64,000 nucleotides of DNA from Patescibacteria group bacterium (GCA_041661745.1 JBAZTR010000003.1:91007-155006); one strand, 5' to 3'; positions 8,826 to 19,201 are shown, counted from the stretch's first letter. Numbers and translations: made by a program. The notes: generated by a model from the letters alone, not told the origin.

Positions 8826-9860
8826 ATGATTGAACGAGATGAGGAGGCCATAAAACCGGAAAGACTGACCGACGAGGAAGCTTTGGAACCAGAACGAGTT
8901 TTTGAAATTGGCCTCAGACCGCAGACTTTAGGCGATTTTGTCGGCCAAGAAACCTTGAAAGACAATCTAAAAATTCTTCTTGAAGCTGCCAAAGGCCGTA
9001 GTGAACCAATCGAACACGTCCTTTTATATGGTAACCCGGGACTTGGCAAAACCACTTTGGCTCACATTATTGCCAAAGAAATGAACGCCCAAATTCGCGT
9101 CACCAGCGGCCCGGCTTTGGAGCGCGTCGGTGACTTGGCCGCAATTCTTTCCAACCTACAAAAGGGTGATATTCTTTTTATCGACGAAATTCATCGCCTT
9201 AATAAAACCATTGAGGAAATTTTGTATCCGGCCATGGAAGATTACGCTCTTGATTTGGTAGTCGGTAAGGGGCCAACGGCCAGAACCCTCCGCCTTAATT
9301 TGGAACCATTTACCATTATCGGGGCCACAACACGTTTGTCTCTGCTCTCTTCCCCACTACGCGATCGCTTTGGCGTGACTTATCATTTAAACTTTTACGA
9401 AAACGGGGAGATAAAAAAAATCATTGAGCGCAACGCCCAACGTCTTGAGGTCGAAGCGCATCCGGAAGCTGTGGAGATTCTTTCCACCCGAGCTCGCCGC
9501 ACCCCACGCATTGCCAATCGGCTCCTACGCCGTTTGCGTGACTTTGCCTCGGTCAGAGGTAATGGACAAATCACTCGTGAGGCAGCTGAAGAGGCTCTAA
9601 GAATGTTAGGTATCGATCAGCATGGCCTTGATGAAGTCGATCGCCACCTTCTCACCGTCTTAATCGAAAAATTCAACGGCGGTCCGGTTGGTATTGGCAC
9701 CTTAGCCGCGGCTTCACAAGAAGAAGAGGAAACCATTGAAGAAGTTTACGAACCGTTTCTGATTCAACTTGGTTTTTTACAACGAACACCACGCGGACGA
9801 ATGGCCACACCCGCCGCATATGAACACCTGAACAAAAAACCACCGATTGACAGTTTTTAA
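8826..9860 (+). CDS. ruvB: Holliday junction branch migration helicase RuvB
   Basis: [41 protein letters not shown]. Confidence 0.97.
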   Translation: MIERDEEAIKPERLTDEEALEPERVFEIGLRPQTLGDFVGQETLKDNLKILLEAAKGRSEPIEHVLLYGNPGLGKTTLAHIIAKEMNAQIRVTSGPALERVGDLAAILSNLQKGDILFIDEIHRLNKTIEEILYPAMEDYALDLVVGKGPTARTLRLNLEPFTIIGATTRLSLLSSPLRDRFGVTYHLNFYENGEIKKIIERNAQRLEVEAHPEAVEILSTRARRTPRIANRLLRRLRDFASVRGNGQITREAAEEALRMLGIDQHGLDEVDRHLLTVLIEKFNGGPVGIGTLAAASQEEEETIEEVYEPFLIQLGFLQRTPRGRMATPAAYEHLNKKPPIDSF

Positions 9861-9934
9861 TGTCTCCAGTAATTTATTATTATGCGGTAGACATAATTCA
9901 AAAATTAATTTTATTAACTTTTAACTAAAAAAAT

Positions 9935-10189
9935 ATGTCGGGAGAATTTAGTACCCCATCACCTGAAGAAATGGTAACCACCCCCTTCGATCCGGACGAA
10001 ATCCGTCAATCTCCGGATGGTAAATTTATTGCAAGTTTGCCCGCGGCAACTATGGAACTTGATAATGGAATGATCGGTATTGTAGGTTGGTCCAAAAAAA
10101 CATTTGATTCGAGAGAAGAAGCAGAAGCGGCGAGAGAGGAAGGGTATGAAAAGATCCGTAAGTTAAACCCAGATAAAAAAACCGCGTAA
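9935..10189 (+). CDS. Hypothetical protein
   Basis: 84-aa ORF with AT-rich leader, followed by a hairpin. Confidence 0.55.
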   Translation: MSGEFSTPSPEEMVTTPFDPDEIRQSPDGKFIASLPAATMELDNGMIGIVGWSKKTFDSREEAEAAREEGYEKIRKLNPDKKTA

Positions 10190-10307
10190 TACCAAATTAC
10201 CAAAAATATATGGCCGCCTGTGATGGTGGCCATTATTTTTTTGTTACAACACATAACACCGAGTATAAGAATTTCACGCCTCATCACTTGTGCTATAATA
10301 TAGGCGT

Positions 10308-10583
10308 ATGTTCTCAATTCCTACTCTTATCCTGCCCCTCTGGCTTCTATTAATTCCCTTTGGAATAATTGTTTTTCTGGTTATCCTCTACGGCATCTTT
10401 AACATCTACACTCTTCTACGTTTTGCCACCTATACCTTTGGTAGTTATTTTCTAACCGTTGTCTTTATCGGCGGCCTAATTATCATCGGGGCTGTTTGCT
10501 ACACTTATCTTATTGGTTACGATTGGACGCTTGGTTGGAATTTCACCAACTTCATCGAGTTAAAACAAATCGTCACTCTATGA
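10308..10583 (+). CDS. Small membrane protein
   Basis: Two hydrophobic helices; TGCTATAAT directly upstream. Confidence 0.6.
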   Translation: MFSIPTLILPLWLLLIPFGIIVFLVILYGIFNIYTLLRFATYTFGSYFLTVVFIGGLIIIGAVCYTYLIGYDWTLGWNFTNFIELKQIVTL

Positions 10584-11152
10584 TGAATTTACAACATCTA
10601 CCTAACGCTAGACCAAATGAAAAAGTCGAACTTTTTTTACGGCGACACTGGATCACGCCGTTAGAAATAATCACTTATACTTTCTTTTTATACGCGGTAC
10701 CGTTGGCGGGAATTTTATATTACGCCGACTCTTGGGAAACATGGACGACCAAACCGTACTGGGGACCAATCATTATCCTGGTCGCCTGCAGTTATGCTTT
10801 ATTGTCTTGGCTTTTTTGCTTCCTGGAATTCACTGACTACTATTTAGACATTTGGATTGTCACTAATGAACGAATTATTAACATTGAACAAAAAGGTTTA
10901 TTCACTCGCGTGGCCTCGGAAATGCATCTTTCGGCAATTGAAGACACTACCTCTGAGGTCAAAGGAATGATGCGAACCTTCCTTGATTATGGCGATGTTC
11001 ATATTCAAACCGCCGGTGAACGAACGCGCTTTATTTTCAAAGGGATCCCGCACCCGGAACGAGTAAAAGAGGCGGTGGTTAAATTAGTACACGGTGACAA
11101 GTTGAGGCACAGTCACGAAGAAGCAAAAATGACAGCAGCGGAAATTAAGTAA
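10580..11152 (+). CDS. Membrane protein with bacterial PH (bPH_2-like) domain
   Basis: LRRHW, WIVTNERII.IEQKGLF, YGDVHIQTAG motifs. Confidence 0.75.
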   Translation: MMNLQHLPNARPNEKVELFLRRHWITPLEIITYTFFLYAVPLAGILYYADSWETWTTKPYWGPIIILVACSYALLSWLFCFLEFTDYYLDIWIVTNERIINIEQKGLFTRVASEMHLSAIEDTTSEVKGMMRTFLDYGDVHIQTAGERTRFIFKGIPHPERVKEAVVKLVHGDKLRHSHEEAKMTAAEIK

Positions 11153-11192
11153 TTAAAAAACCTCACCGACTTGGTGAGGTTTTTTAATTCTT

Positions 11193-12239
11193 TTATTTCC
11201 ATCGATAATTCGTCCAGGTCCATTCAGCCAGATCACGGGCGTCGTTCATACTATCGCCACGAGAGGCTGTACCAAAGACCACAACAATTATCTCTCGGTT
11301 GGCGTCAGTATAAATTGGCCGCAAGGCGGTTACCACATTCCAACCAGATTCCTCTAAATATCCGGTCTTTCCGGCCATAACATAAATATCATCATAGGCC
11401 GGTTTCCAAAGCAGCCAATTCGTACTAACTAATTTCTTTTCCTCGCCAGTGGAAAGAACGGAAATAGTTCTGTTGGCCGTACCGGTATATTGGCGAATTT
11501 CCGGACGGGAAAAAACCTCGCGAGTAAAACGAGCAATTTCGCGAGCCGTGGAAACATTAGTTGGTTCAATGCCGGTTGGATCAGTGAAAACTGTATTGGG
11601 TAAGCCGTAGTCCGCCGCGCGTTCGTTCATTTTTGCCACGAAGTCTTCTTTATCATCATCAGCCGCACGCGCAATGGCATTAGCCGCATTATTGGCCGAA
11701 CCAACAAGGGCGGCGTAAATGAGATCGCTTAAAATAAAATCCGCTCCGGGATTAACGTAAAGACGAGCTCCGCCAACTTCATCGCATGCTTCAATTGAGC
11801 AGATCCCGTATAAATCAACACCAGAATCCAAAACAAGCGAAGCCGTCATTAATTTTGTAATGGAAGCGATCGGCCAAACAGTCGAAGATTTTTTTTCGGC
11901 CAAAATTAAACCGCTGTTTTTATCAACGACAATATAAGAATTAGCTGTGACTTCGGGCACAACTCCCCGACCAACCAACTGAGGAAGCTTTTCCGAAGCA
12001 GGAGCAAAAGCGGAAAGCTCGGAATATTCGCGCCAGCCATACTGCTCAGCCCAATCAGTAAGGTCAATTAAAAAACCGGCGGCCGAATTAGGAACAGCCA
12101 CTCCGGTTTCATCGAAAGCTTTTTGTAAATCGGGGCGTTGATTATAAATTGAGGCAAGATCGGAATCAGAAATCGCCGCGGCCACCGACATTGGTGCCAA
12201 AAACAAAGAAACAAAAAGAAATAGTTTAAAAAATTTCAT
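11193..12239 (-). CDS. D-alanyl-D-alanine carboxypeptidase (peptidase S11)
   Basis: ASITK (SxxK), SAN and KTG motifs; signal peptide. Confidence 0.9.
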   Translation of the reverse strand: MKFFKLFLFVSLFLAPMSVAAAISDSDLASIYNQRPDLQKAFDETGVAVPNSAAGFLIDLTDWAEQYGWREYSELSAFAPASEKLPQLVGRGVVPEVTANSYIVVDKNSGLILAEKKSSTVWPIASITKLMTASLVLDSGVDLYGICSIEACDEVGGARLYVNPGADFILSDLIYAALVGSANNAANAIARAADDDKEDFVAKMNERAADYGLPNTVFTDPTGIEPTNVSTAREIARFTREVFSRPEIRQYTGTANRTISVLSTGEEKKLVSTNWLLWKPAYDDIYVMAGKTGYLEESGWNVVTALRPIYTDANREIIVVVFGTASRGDSMNDARDLAEWTWTNYRWK

Positions 12240-12241
12240 AT

Positions 12242-14206
12242 CTACTTCCACTTCTTTTCAATTTCAATTCCCGTGTAAAAATATTTAATAATCTCGTCCC
12301 AGCCTGAACCAGCTTTACCCATAGCTAGAGCTTCGGAAGCCGACATGCCAACACCGTGGCCCCATAATGTTTTTCCGGCGTCATGTGGAGTCTTAACAGT
12401 TAAACACCACGCCACAGTGCCACCCCAAACTTCATTCCAACTGCGAGTTCGACCATCGGAGCGGGAAAAATATGGGGTAATGGCCGTCTTGCCATCATAA
12501 GTTACGGTTTGACCGCGAGTTTCTTCGACGGCTTGAGTAATTCTAGGCGTGCGAGCTTCTTGTCCATAACCATAATAGACTTGATCAGCGTAGGCATCGA
12601 CATGAAAAAATTCGGAGGCGTGTTTAGTGGCCCGCTCAAAATGATACAAAGCGTAAGTGCGAGCGGCTGTCAGCAATGCTTTTTGAAATTCAAGATTAGA
12701 ATCATTGGAGGTTTCACCTAACCCTCGTAAATAATATTCCATTGGTAATTCGTTAATCAGCCAAACGCGATCATTAGGCTCGTTATAACGAATTTCTAAA
12801 ACATTTCGAAACTGGTTGTCGGCATGAGCAGCATTACGCGACTCGCGTCGATCAAAATTAGTCACAGTACAAACAGCGTTGGCTTCGTTAGGGATAAAAC
12901 GAATATAAAAAGAGGTGCTTTCTAAACCATTACCGCGATCAAACCAATATTTACCTTTTTTATAAAAAGCTTCGACTTTACGACCCTCTTCAACCTCGGC
13001 TAACAAAGCTCCGTTACCATCTTTAAGAACAAAATCACTTTCACAAGTTATAATCACCTCATTATCAGTTTCCTCATCGACAATCAAAACACCAACACGA
13101 AGAACTGGCTCAGCAATCAGATTCTCGGTTTGATCGACATCGTTAGTTTCTTCGGAAGTAATTGCATTTGCCGCATTGCTGGTGACTTCGATTGGAATTT
13201 CAATCTCGCCGCCGGGAACAGAACTAACTTCATCAGCGGCTAAAGCGAATTTAACAACATAACTCCCCTTTTTAACCGGGGCTTTAAAATTGAAGGTGAT
13301 CAAATCCATGGCTCCGGGGGCAACCGAACCATCAGTTTTGGTTATAGCCGTCTTTGAATCGACCCAAGAAGAATCCTTGTAACTAACCGAGGAAGCTACG
13401 GAAACATCAGGCAGTTTAATTGAACGAGAAGTCCAAGTTTTTGTGCCACTATTTTTAATTCCAGCGGTAAAAGTTATTACTTCCCCGCCCTTTACTTGGA
13501 TTGTTTTCTTTATGCTCTTTAATAAAAGAACCGCGGCGTAACCGTTGGTATCAGAGGAGGACAATCCGCCTTCGCTGGGCTTCGGCGTGACAATGGAGGA
13601 AGAAACAACTTCATTGGCCACAGTAATAGTAATGGTAAATTGTCCGCCGGGAATCCAAGCTTTGTCCTCGGCGGCCAGAGCAAAAGTTTCTTTATAAGTT
13701 CCGACCGTGGTTGGCGCTTTTAAAGTAAAGGTGATGTGACCAACTTCTTTAATCCCAACCTTTGATTCTAAAAGTTTGACCGGTTGATCCTTAGCCACCC
13801 AAAATGAATCAAAAAAAACACTGGACCGATACTTTGGTTCATAAGTATAAACAGAAACAAAGTTTGTTCCGGTATTGGTCCAGGCCGCGGTGCCAATATT
13901 TTGAAAACCAAAAGAAACTTTTTTGCTTTCACCTGGCTTCATGGTCAACTGACCAGTAGCGGAAACCTGCATAGCCTCGAACCCTTTGAGTGGCGCGGCG
14001 TAAGCCGTCTTAATTCCAAAGACTTCGTGCCAAACAGAACTTCCCAACGAAACCTTGTCTTTGATAATTCCTTCGGCAACCGAAAGAATAAAAGCCAAAC
14101 CAATTACCAACAAAAAAGCAAAGGCTATATTTAATATCACCTCAACCCAGGCATTTTTGTTTTGTTTGTTTTTTGAAATTTCCTCCATAAAAATATTTGT
14201 CATCAA
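12242..14206 (-). CDS. SpoIID/LytB-domain protein with two NBR1/Ig-like domains
   Basis: NELPMEYYLRG, ARTYA, DQVY, GHGVGMS motifs; N-terminal TM. Confidence 0.85.
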   Translation of the reverse strand: MMTNIFMEEISKNKQNKNAWVEVILNIAFAFLLVIGLAFILSVAEGIIKDKVSLGSSVWHEVFGIKTAYAAPLKGFEAMQVSATGQLTMKPGESKKVSFGFQNIGTAAWTNTGTNFVSVYTYEPKYRSSVFFDSFWVAKDQPVKLLESKVGIKEVGHITFTLKAPTTVGTYKETFALAAEDKAWIPGGQFTITITVANEVVSSSIVTPKPSEGGLSSSDTNGYAAVLLLKSIKKTIQVKGGEVITFTAGIKNSGTKTWTSRSIKLPDVSVASSVSYKDSSWVDSKTAITKTDGSVAPGAMDLITFNFKAPVKKGSYVVKFALAADEVSSVPGGEIEIPIEVTSNAANAITSEETNDVDQTENLIAEPVLRVGVLIVDEETDNEVIITCESDFVLKDGNGALLAEVEEGRKVEAFYKKGKYWFDRGNGLESTSFYIRFIPNEANAVCTVTNFDRRESRNAAHADNQFRNVLEIRYNEPNDRVWLINELPMEYYLRGLGETSNDSNLEFQKALLTAARTYALYHFERATKHASEFFHVDAYADQVYYGYGQEARTPRITQAVEETRGQTVTYDGKTAITPYFSRSDGRTRSWNEVWGGTVAWCLTVKTPHDAGKTLWGHGVGMSASEALAMGKAGSGWDEIIKYFYTGIEIEKKWK

Positions 14207-14279
14207 TTATATTTTATCAAAAATAGACTTTTCTTTCAATATCGCAATAATAAGCCGTTTTTGATACACTAGTGACATT

Positions 14280-15710
14280 ATGAGCGTCATGAAAAAAGTT
14301 GCGACAAATTACCTGGTTCAAATGGCCGGCAAGGGCTTTAGCATGCTGGCCGGACTTTTGGTGGTAGCCCTACTCACCCGTTATTTAAGTGAAGAAGATT
14401 GGGCGGCCTATGTCACGGCTACAACTTTCTTGTCGTTCTTTGCTGTCTTTGTGGACTTTGGTTTAACCTTGACCTTAACCCAAATGATTTCCGCAGTCGG
14501 AGCTGATGAAAAAAAGATCGTTGGTAGTATCATGGGAATTCGCCTGGCTTCGGGTTTTGTTTTTTATTCCCTGTCAGCCGTGGTGATTACTCTGCTACCC
14601 TACTCCGACACAACCAAGGCCGGGGTGGCCGCCGGGGCGGCCGCTTTCTTTTTCATGTCCGCGGCCGGATCAATGATCGGTTTGTTTCAAAAACATTTGG
14701 CCATGCGCCGTTACGTTATTGCTGAATTAGCTAGCCGCGCTCTTTATTTGTTGCTCACTTTCCTTTGTGTGGTTTTTGGCCTTGGTCTGGTGCCGATTCT
14801 TTTAGCCATGGGGGCGGCCAATGGTTTTTGGCTTTTGTTTGTGGCTGTGGCCGCCAGACCTTTTACAGTTATTCGTCCGCAGTTTAATTTAACTGTCTGG
14901 AAAGATGCTTTCACCCGCAGCGCTCCCATTGCTATTTCCACCATTTTCAACCTAATTTATTTGCGTGGTGATGTTTTGATTCTCGCCTGGGTCAGACCGG
15001 ACGATGTTGGCCAATATGGTACGGCTTATAAAGTCGTTGATGTTATGACCGCCTTCCCGACCATGTTCATGGGCTTGCTTTTACCACAATTAGCCATAGC
15101 TTGGAGCGAAAAAAATAAAGAAGTTTTCAAAAATATTTTACAAAAGGCCTTCAATATATTTTCTATTGTTGTTATTCCGCTTTTCTTCGGCGCACAAATA
15201 GTGGCTGTGCCATTAACCGAACTTATTGCCGGCGAGCGCTACGCCACTGCCGGTTTAGTTTTGCAGGTTTTGGTTTTCGCCATCATTTGTGTCTTTATCA
15301 GCACTCTTTACGGCCACACAATCGTTGCTTTACACAAACAAAAATTCATGACCTGGGGTTATGCTCTGACAGCTGTTATCGCTATAATCGGATATGTTGT
15401 ATTTATCCCTCGTTACGGAATGTGGGGCGCCGCTTGGGTCACATGTTTTTCGGAATTTTTAATTGCCGCTCTGACTTTTATTGTTGTGTCTCGTGTCTCA
15501 CGAACTCTCCCTAATCTACTTATCGCGGCCAAAGCAACTTTGGCTGGACTGATCATGTATCTTATTTTATTAGTGCTACCAACATGGCCGGTAATAATAA
15601 CGATCTGTTTCGGAGCGGCTATCTACTCGATTGTCTTAGTGGCCATTGGTGGAATAAACATGAAGGATATAAAAAGTTTGATGGTAAAAACTCCTCCCTC
15701 TAACCTCTAA
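14280..15710 (+). CDS. Polysaccharide flippase (Wzx/MOP family)
   Basis: About 14 TM; DFGL, GQYGTAY, PRYGMWGAA motifs. Confidence 0.85.
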   Translation: MSVMKKVATNYLVQMAGKGFSMLAGLLVVALLTRYLSEEDWAAYVTATTFLSFFAVFVDFGLTLTLTQMISAVGADEKKIVGSIMGIRLASGFVFYSLSAVVITLLPYSDTTKAGVAAGAAAFFFMSAAGSMIGLFQKHLAMRRYVIAELASRALYLLLTFLCVVFGLGLVPILLAMGAANGFWLLFVAVAARPFTVIRPQFNLTVWKDAFTRSAPIAISTIFNLIYLRGDVLILAWVRPDDVGQYGTAYKVVDVMTAFPTMFMGLLLPQLAIAWSEKNKEVFKNILQKAFNIFSIVVIPLFFGAQIVAVPLTELIAGERYATAGLVLQVLVFAIICVFISTLYGHTIVALHKQKFMTWGYALTAVIAIIGYVVFIPRYGMWGAAWVTCFSEFLIAALTFIVVSRVSRTLPNLLIAAKATLAGLIMYLILLVLPTWPVIITICFGAAIYSIVLVAIGGINMKDIKSLMVKTPPSNL

Positions 15711-15718
15711 GAAAAAAT

Positions 15719-16978
15719 ATGTACGAAATAATTATTATCACTCTCTTGGTTGGTTATGGACTAATTGCCTGGCGCGATTTTCGTTTGGCGGTTTTCCTTT
15801 TCTTAGCCGCCTTGCCGGTTTACTTGCTACGTCTTGATCTTTTTGGCTTCCCTACGACCATGTTGGAGTTAATGTTTGGTGTAATAACAATTGGTTGGCT
15901 AATAAAAATCGTTCTAGAAAAACCTGATTTTTCTTTTGCCAAACCTTGGCTGATTCCTTTTATTCTTCTGCTTGTGGCTGGAGTGATTGGGGTGGCTGTT
16001 GCGCCGGATAAACTATCCGCTCTGGGAACTTTAAAAGCCTATCTTGTAGAACCGATTATTTTCTTTTTCATCCTTTACACCGCTCTGAAGAAATTCGACG
16101 ATGCCGAAAGGGCTTTAATGTTCCTTGGCCTCGGGGCCCTGGCCGCCGCTTTGTTTGCTATTTATCAACGCCTCACCGGACAAGCTATTCCCATTCCCTG
16201 GGACATCGAGGGCCGCGCCACCAGTTTCTTCCCCTACCCCAATGCCCTCGGCCTATATCTCGGGCCGATAATTGTTCTTGGACTTGGATCTTTCTGGCGT
16301 TCGCTTAAAGCAGAATTCTATTTGCGCGCCGGATTTTGGTTTTTGACTGTCGGCGCTGCAGTCGCCGCGATTATTTTTTCCCAAACCGAAGCGGCTTGGG
16401 TGGCCATTCCGGCGGCTCTCTTAATCATTAGTTTATTCAGCAAAGCTGCCCGCTGGCGCGTTATTGTTTTAATCATCATTGGAATAATAATTGTTTTTTC
16501 TTTCACAACAATTAAACAAAAGATTTTCCTGCAAGACTATTCTGGTGGTGTCCGTTTAAAACAATGGGAAGAAACTTTCAACATGTTAAAAGACAACTGG
16601 CTTTTCGGTGCTGGACTCTCTGGTTATCCAACCGCCCTTGAGCCATATCATACTCATAAGGAAATCGAAATTTTCCAATACCCGCATAATCTCATTTTAA
16701 ATATTTGGACCGAACTTGGCCTGCTTGGACTTTTCGCGGCAACATATTTGGTATTAGTTTCTTTCAAAGCCTTCTACCAAGGAAAAAAGAAACAAGCCTC
16801 TTTTAATTGGCTGGTCTTTGCCTCGGGCGCCGCCTTAATAGAAATGGCAATCCACGGTTTGGTTGATGTACCATTTTTCAAAAACGATTTAGCTATGTTA
16901 ACCGCCGCGATTTTGGTCTTCCTTGTTTGGTCGGCAACAGGCCCTTATGCTTATAAAAATGATGTCATCGAAGAATAG
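15719..16978 (+). CDS. O-antigen ligase/polymerase family protein
   Basis: RATSFFPYPNALG, R..QW, LFGAG, YPHNLILNIWTELG motifs. Confidence 0.85.
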   Translation: MYEIIIITLLVGYGLIAWRDFRLAVFLFLAALPVYLLRLDLFGFPTTMLELMFGVITIGWLIKIVLEKPDFSFAKPWLIPFILLLVAGVIGVAVAPDKLSALGTLKAYLVEPIIFFFILYTALKKFDDAERALMFLGLGALAAALFAIYQRLTGQAIPIPWDIEGRATSFFPYPNALGLYLGPIIVLGLGSFWRSLKAEFYLRAGFWFLTVGAAVAAIIFSQTEAAWVAIPAALLIISLFSKAARWRVIVLIIIGIIIVFSFTTIKQKIFLQDYSGGVRLKQWEETFNMLKDNWLFGAGLSGYPTALEPYHTHKEIEIFQYPHNLILNIWTELGLLGLFAATYLVLVSFKAFYQGKKKQASFNWLVFASGAALIEMAIHGLVDVPFFKNDLAMLTAAILVFLVWSATGPYAYKNDVIEE

Positions 16979-17069
16979 TAACGAGACAAACGGAGCGTGT
17001 CTCTTTTGGTTGGTGGGACTTATTATCCTGGCGACTGTTGTGCTTAAGATAATTGATTGGGGAAAATAA
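16959..17069 (+). CDS. Possible 36-aa single-TM small protein
   Basis: Manual translation MMSSKNSNETNGACLFWLVGLIILATVVLKIIDWGK*, ending just before the terminator. Confidence 0.35.
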   Translation: MMSSKNSNETNGACLFWLVGLIILATVVLKIIDWGK

Positions 17070-17103
17070 AAAACCGCCTCGGCCTAATCCGAGGCGGTTT
17101 TAT
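17067..17103. terminator. Bidirectional terminator, near-duplicate of 18416-18453
   Basis: AAAAAACCGCCTCGG-CCTAAT-CCGAGGCGGTTTT. Confidence 0.8.
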
Positions 17104-17104
17104 G

Positions 17105-17884
17105 TTACAAATCTTTTTTTCGCTCGATATCTTCTTCCACGCAAGCCTCGCCCCATTGAATTTCAATCACCTTCAATGGCTCGTTGGTCTTGTTCATTAA
17201 TCGATGCCAGCGGTGTTTATCAATAAAGATGTGCTGAAATTTTGTGTAAACGCCAAGGAGGATTTCGCTACCATCGTCCGCAAGAGTATCCACGGTTGCC
17301 GTGCCCTCTGAAACAAACCAGTGTTCGCTTCGTTTTTCATGTCGCTGCATGGAGAGCTTTTTACCCGGATCAACGGTCAGTTCTTTTAATTTTACCTGTT
17401 CGCCGTTTTCGTGGAGGACGCGATAGTACCCCCAAATACGTTCGGTCTTTGGTGCTTTCCACTCCATTAAAAGTCCGCTGCTGGAATTTTTTTTGTCTTC
17501 TCCGCCCACGCCAAAAGCAAAGGTAAGATGATCATCAACAAGTTCCATTTCTGGCACGTTTTGTTTGGTGCGATCCCCGCCATTGGCAAAAACAATTTCC
17601 GCGCCAGGATTACTGGTCCGAACTTTTTGAATAGCGTCTTTTGCCGTCCCTTGGGCGTCACTATCATCAAAAGCAATTACCTCGTCGACCGCTTCTAGAG
17701 CCTTAATAACTTCTGCTCGCTCCTCCCACGACATAAACGGCCGCCCTTTTTTCTTGGTGAGCCAGTCATCGGAATTAATCGCAACAATCAAACGATCACC
17801 CAAAGCTTTGGCCGCGGTAAAAAAAGCAACATGCCCCCGATGGATTGGATCAAACCCGCCACTAACGATGATAATTTTTTCCAT
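17105..17884 (-). CDS. Cytidylyltransferase-like domain fused to mannose-6-phosphate isomerase type II cupin
   Basis: SGGFDPIHRGH, FANGGDR; RIWG.Y, LSMQRH..RSEHW, IEIQ.G..C.EEDIER. Confidence 0.85.
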   Translation of the reverse strand: MEKIIIVSGGFDPIHRGHVAFFTAAKALGDRLIVAINSDDWLTKKKGRPFMSWEERAEVIKALEAVDEVIAFDDSDAQGTAKDAIQKVRTSNPGAEIVFANGGDRTKQNVPEMELVDDHLTFAFGVGGEDKKNSSSGLLMEWKAPKTERIWGYYRVLHENGEQVKLKELTVDPGKKLSMQRHEKRSEHWFVSEGTATVDTLADDGSEILLGVYTKFQHIFIDKHRWHRLMNKTNEPLKVIEIQWGEACVEEDIERKKDL

Positions 17885-17885
17885 A

Positions 17886-18356
17886 TTATGCATTGATTGT
17901 TTTATGAGATTTTATTTCCTCGATGGCGGAATTTGTAATTGTGTTTATTTGTTTTTTTATCAACGCCCGCTGATCGTTGAATTTTGAAACTTGGCGTGAC
18001 AGTGCCAGATATTCTTCAAGCAGTCCATTTGTTTCGGATCGTAGTCTTACGATCATCTTCTCTTCGTCTTCCCCGCCCTCAATCATCCGCTTTCGATCTT
18101 CAATCTCCCAAAGACGCTCATGAATTTGCCGCAAGGCCGCCATTTGTTCCGTGAGGTTTGGATACGCCACGATTATTTCATCAATTATCGGTTGATAGAC
18201 GGAAACCTCTTGGGTAATTACTTGGAGTTGTTCCGGTTTATCCGCAAATTTTATTTGCTTGAGTTGTAAAATAAGATAGTTATCAATTGTTGTGGCCACG
18301 GCTACTGGTACAAACAACACTCGTTTATTTTCTGATGTTTTTGGTTCATCTTCCAT
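17886..18356 (-). CDS. DUF6165-like protein
   Basis: ID..LIL.LK, LWEIED..R, V...ND.RA.IK..IN motifs. Confidence 0.65.
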   Translation of the reverse strand: MEDEPKTSENKRVLFVPVAVATTIDNYLILQLKQIKFADKPEQLQVITQEVSVYQPIIDEIIVAYPNLTEQMAALRQIHERLWEIEDRKRMIEGGEDEEKMIVRLRSETNGLLEEYLALSRQVSKFNDQRALIKKQINTITNSAIEEIKSHKTINA

Positions 18357-18454
18357 ACGGTAATACCTATTGAAACACATCCTTATAAGGATGACAACAA
18401 ACTGCCTGTTGAGATTAAAAAACCGCCTCGATCTAATTCGAAGCGGTATTTATT

Positions 18455-18652
18455 TTACTTAATTTTCTTTTGAAAAAACCGTAGATACACCATTGGCAAG
18501 ATTCCGACGGTGTTTAAAACCAGAAGAGCAACGAACCAATAAGATTGATTGTTGCGCCCGGCGTGCCACATGGCAAAGCCTTTCCAGACCAGCTCCCAGA
18601 CTATTAGAATAGGAAGCCAGATTTCGATATATTGTGGAAGTTCAGTTGGCAT
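18455..18652 (-). CDS. DUF5652 family small membrane protein
   Basis: WKGFAMW..GRN.Q..WF...L.LNT.GILP..Y. Confidence 0.8.
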   Translation of the reverse strand: MPTELPQYIEIWLPILIVWELVWKGFAMWHAGRNNQSYWFVALLVLNTVGILPMVYLRFFQKKIK

Positions 18653-18754
18653 ATGTTTTATTGAATAAATTATAGCAGAATTTTCACTAAAAGGCAATGA
18701 TTAAAACAAAATCCTTGATAAAAAAGACAAAAGATGATAAATTTTCCTCGCGTT

Positions 18755-18857
18755 GGAGAGGTGGCTGAGTGGTCTAATCCCGCCTGGCGTCCCGCTCTGA
18801 GAATTACAGCGGGACTTGGCGGGACCCCGCCAAAGCGAAGCGAAGGCGGGGGGGCGC
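18755..18857 (+). pseudogene. Interrupted 5' fragment of tRNA-Ser with a 75-nt nested palindromic insert
   Basis: GGAGAGGTGGCTGAGTGGTCTAA[18778-18852]GGCGC is identical to the first 28 nt of the tRNA at 19112. Confidence 0.88.
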
Positions 18858-18865
18858 TTGTTTCT

Positions 18866-19108
18866 ATGTTTAATACATATATTCTATTTAGTGAAAAGCA
18901 TGATCGTTATTACATCGGATCGACATCAGATATTAATACGCGCCTACAACGACACAATGCTGGAGCAACGGCATCCACTAAACCTTTTCGACCCTGGGTT
19001 CTTGTTTACGAAGAAAAATTCGAAACAAAAACCGAGGCTCGAAAGCGAGAAAATCAAATTAAGAAATATAAAGGAGGTAGAGCTTTTAAAAAGTTAGTCT
19101 CAAGGTAG
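18866..19108 (+). CDS. Small stand-alone GIY-YIG nuclease family protein (80 aa)
   Basis: TYIL..YYIGST..RL..HN.G..STK..RPW.LVY.E...EA..RE..IK. Confidence 0.9.
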   Translation: MFNTYILFSEKHDRYYIGSTSDINTRLQRHNAGATASTKPFRPWVLVYEEKFETKTEARKRENQIKKYKGGRAFKKLVSR

Positions 19109-19111
19109 CAC

Positions 19112-19201
19112 GGAGAGGTGGCTGAGTGGTCTAAGGCGCCAGACTCGAAATCTGGTGTACTCGCAAGGGTACCGTGGGTTCAAATCCCACCCTCTCCGCC
19201 A
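19112..19201 (+). tRNA. tRNA-Ser(CGA)
   Basis: GGAGAGG..CCTCTCC acceptor, CCAGA-CTCGAAA-TCTGG anticodon arm, long variable arm, GCCA end. Confidence 0.95.
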
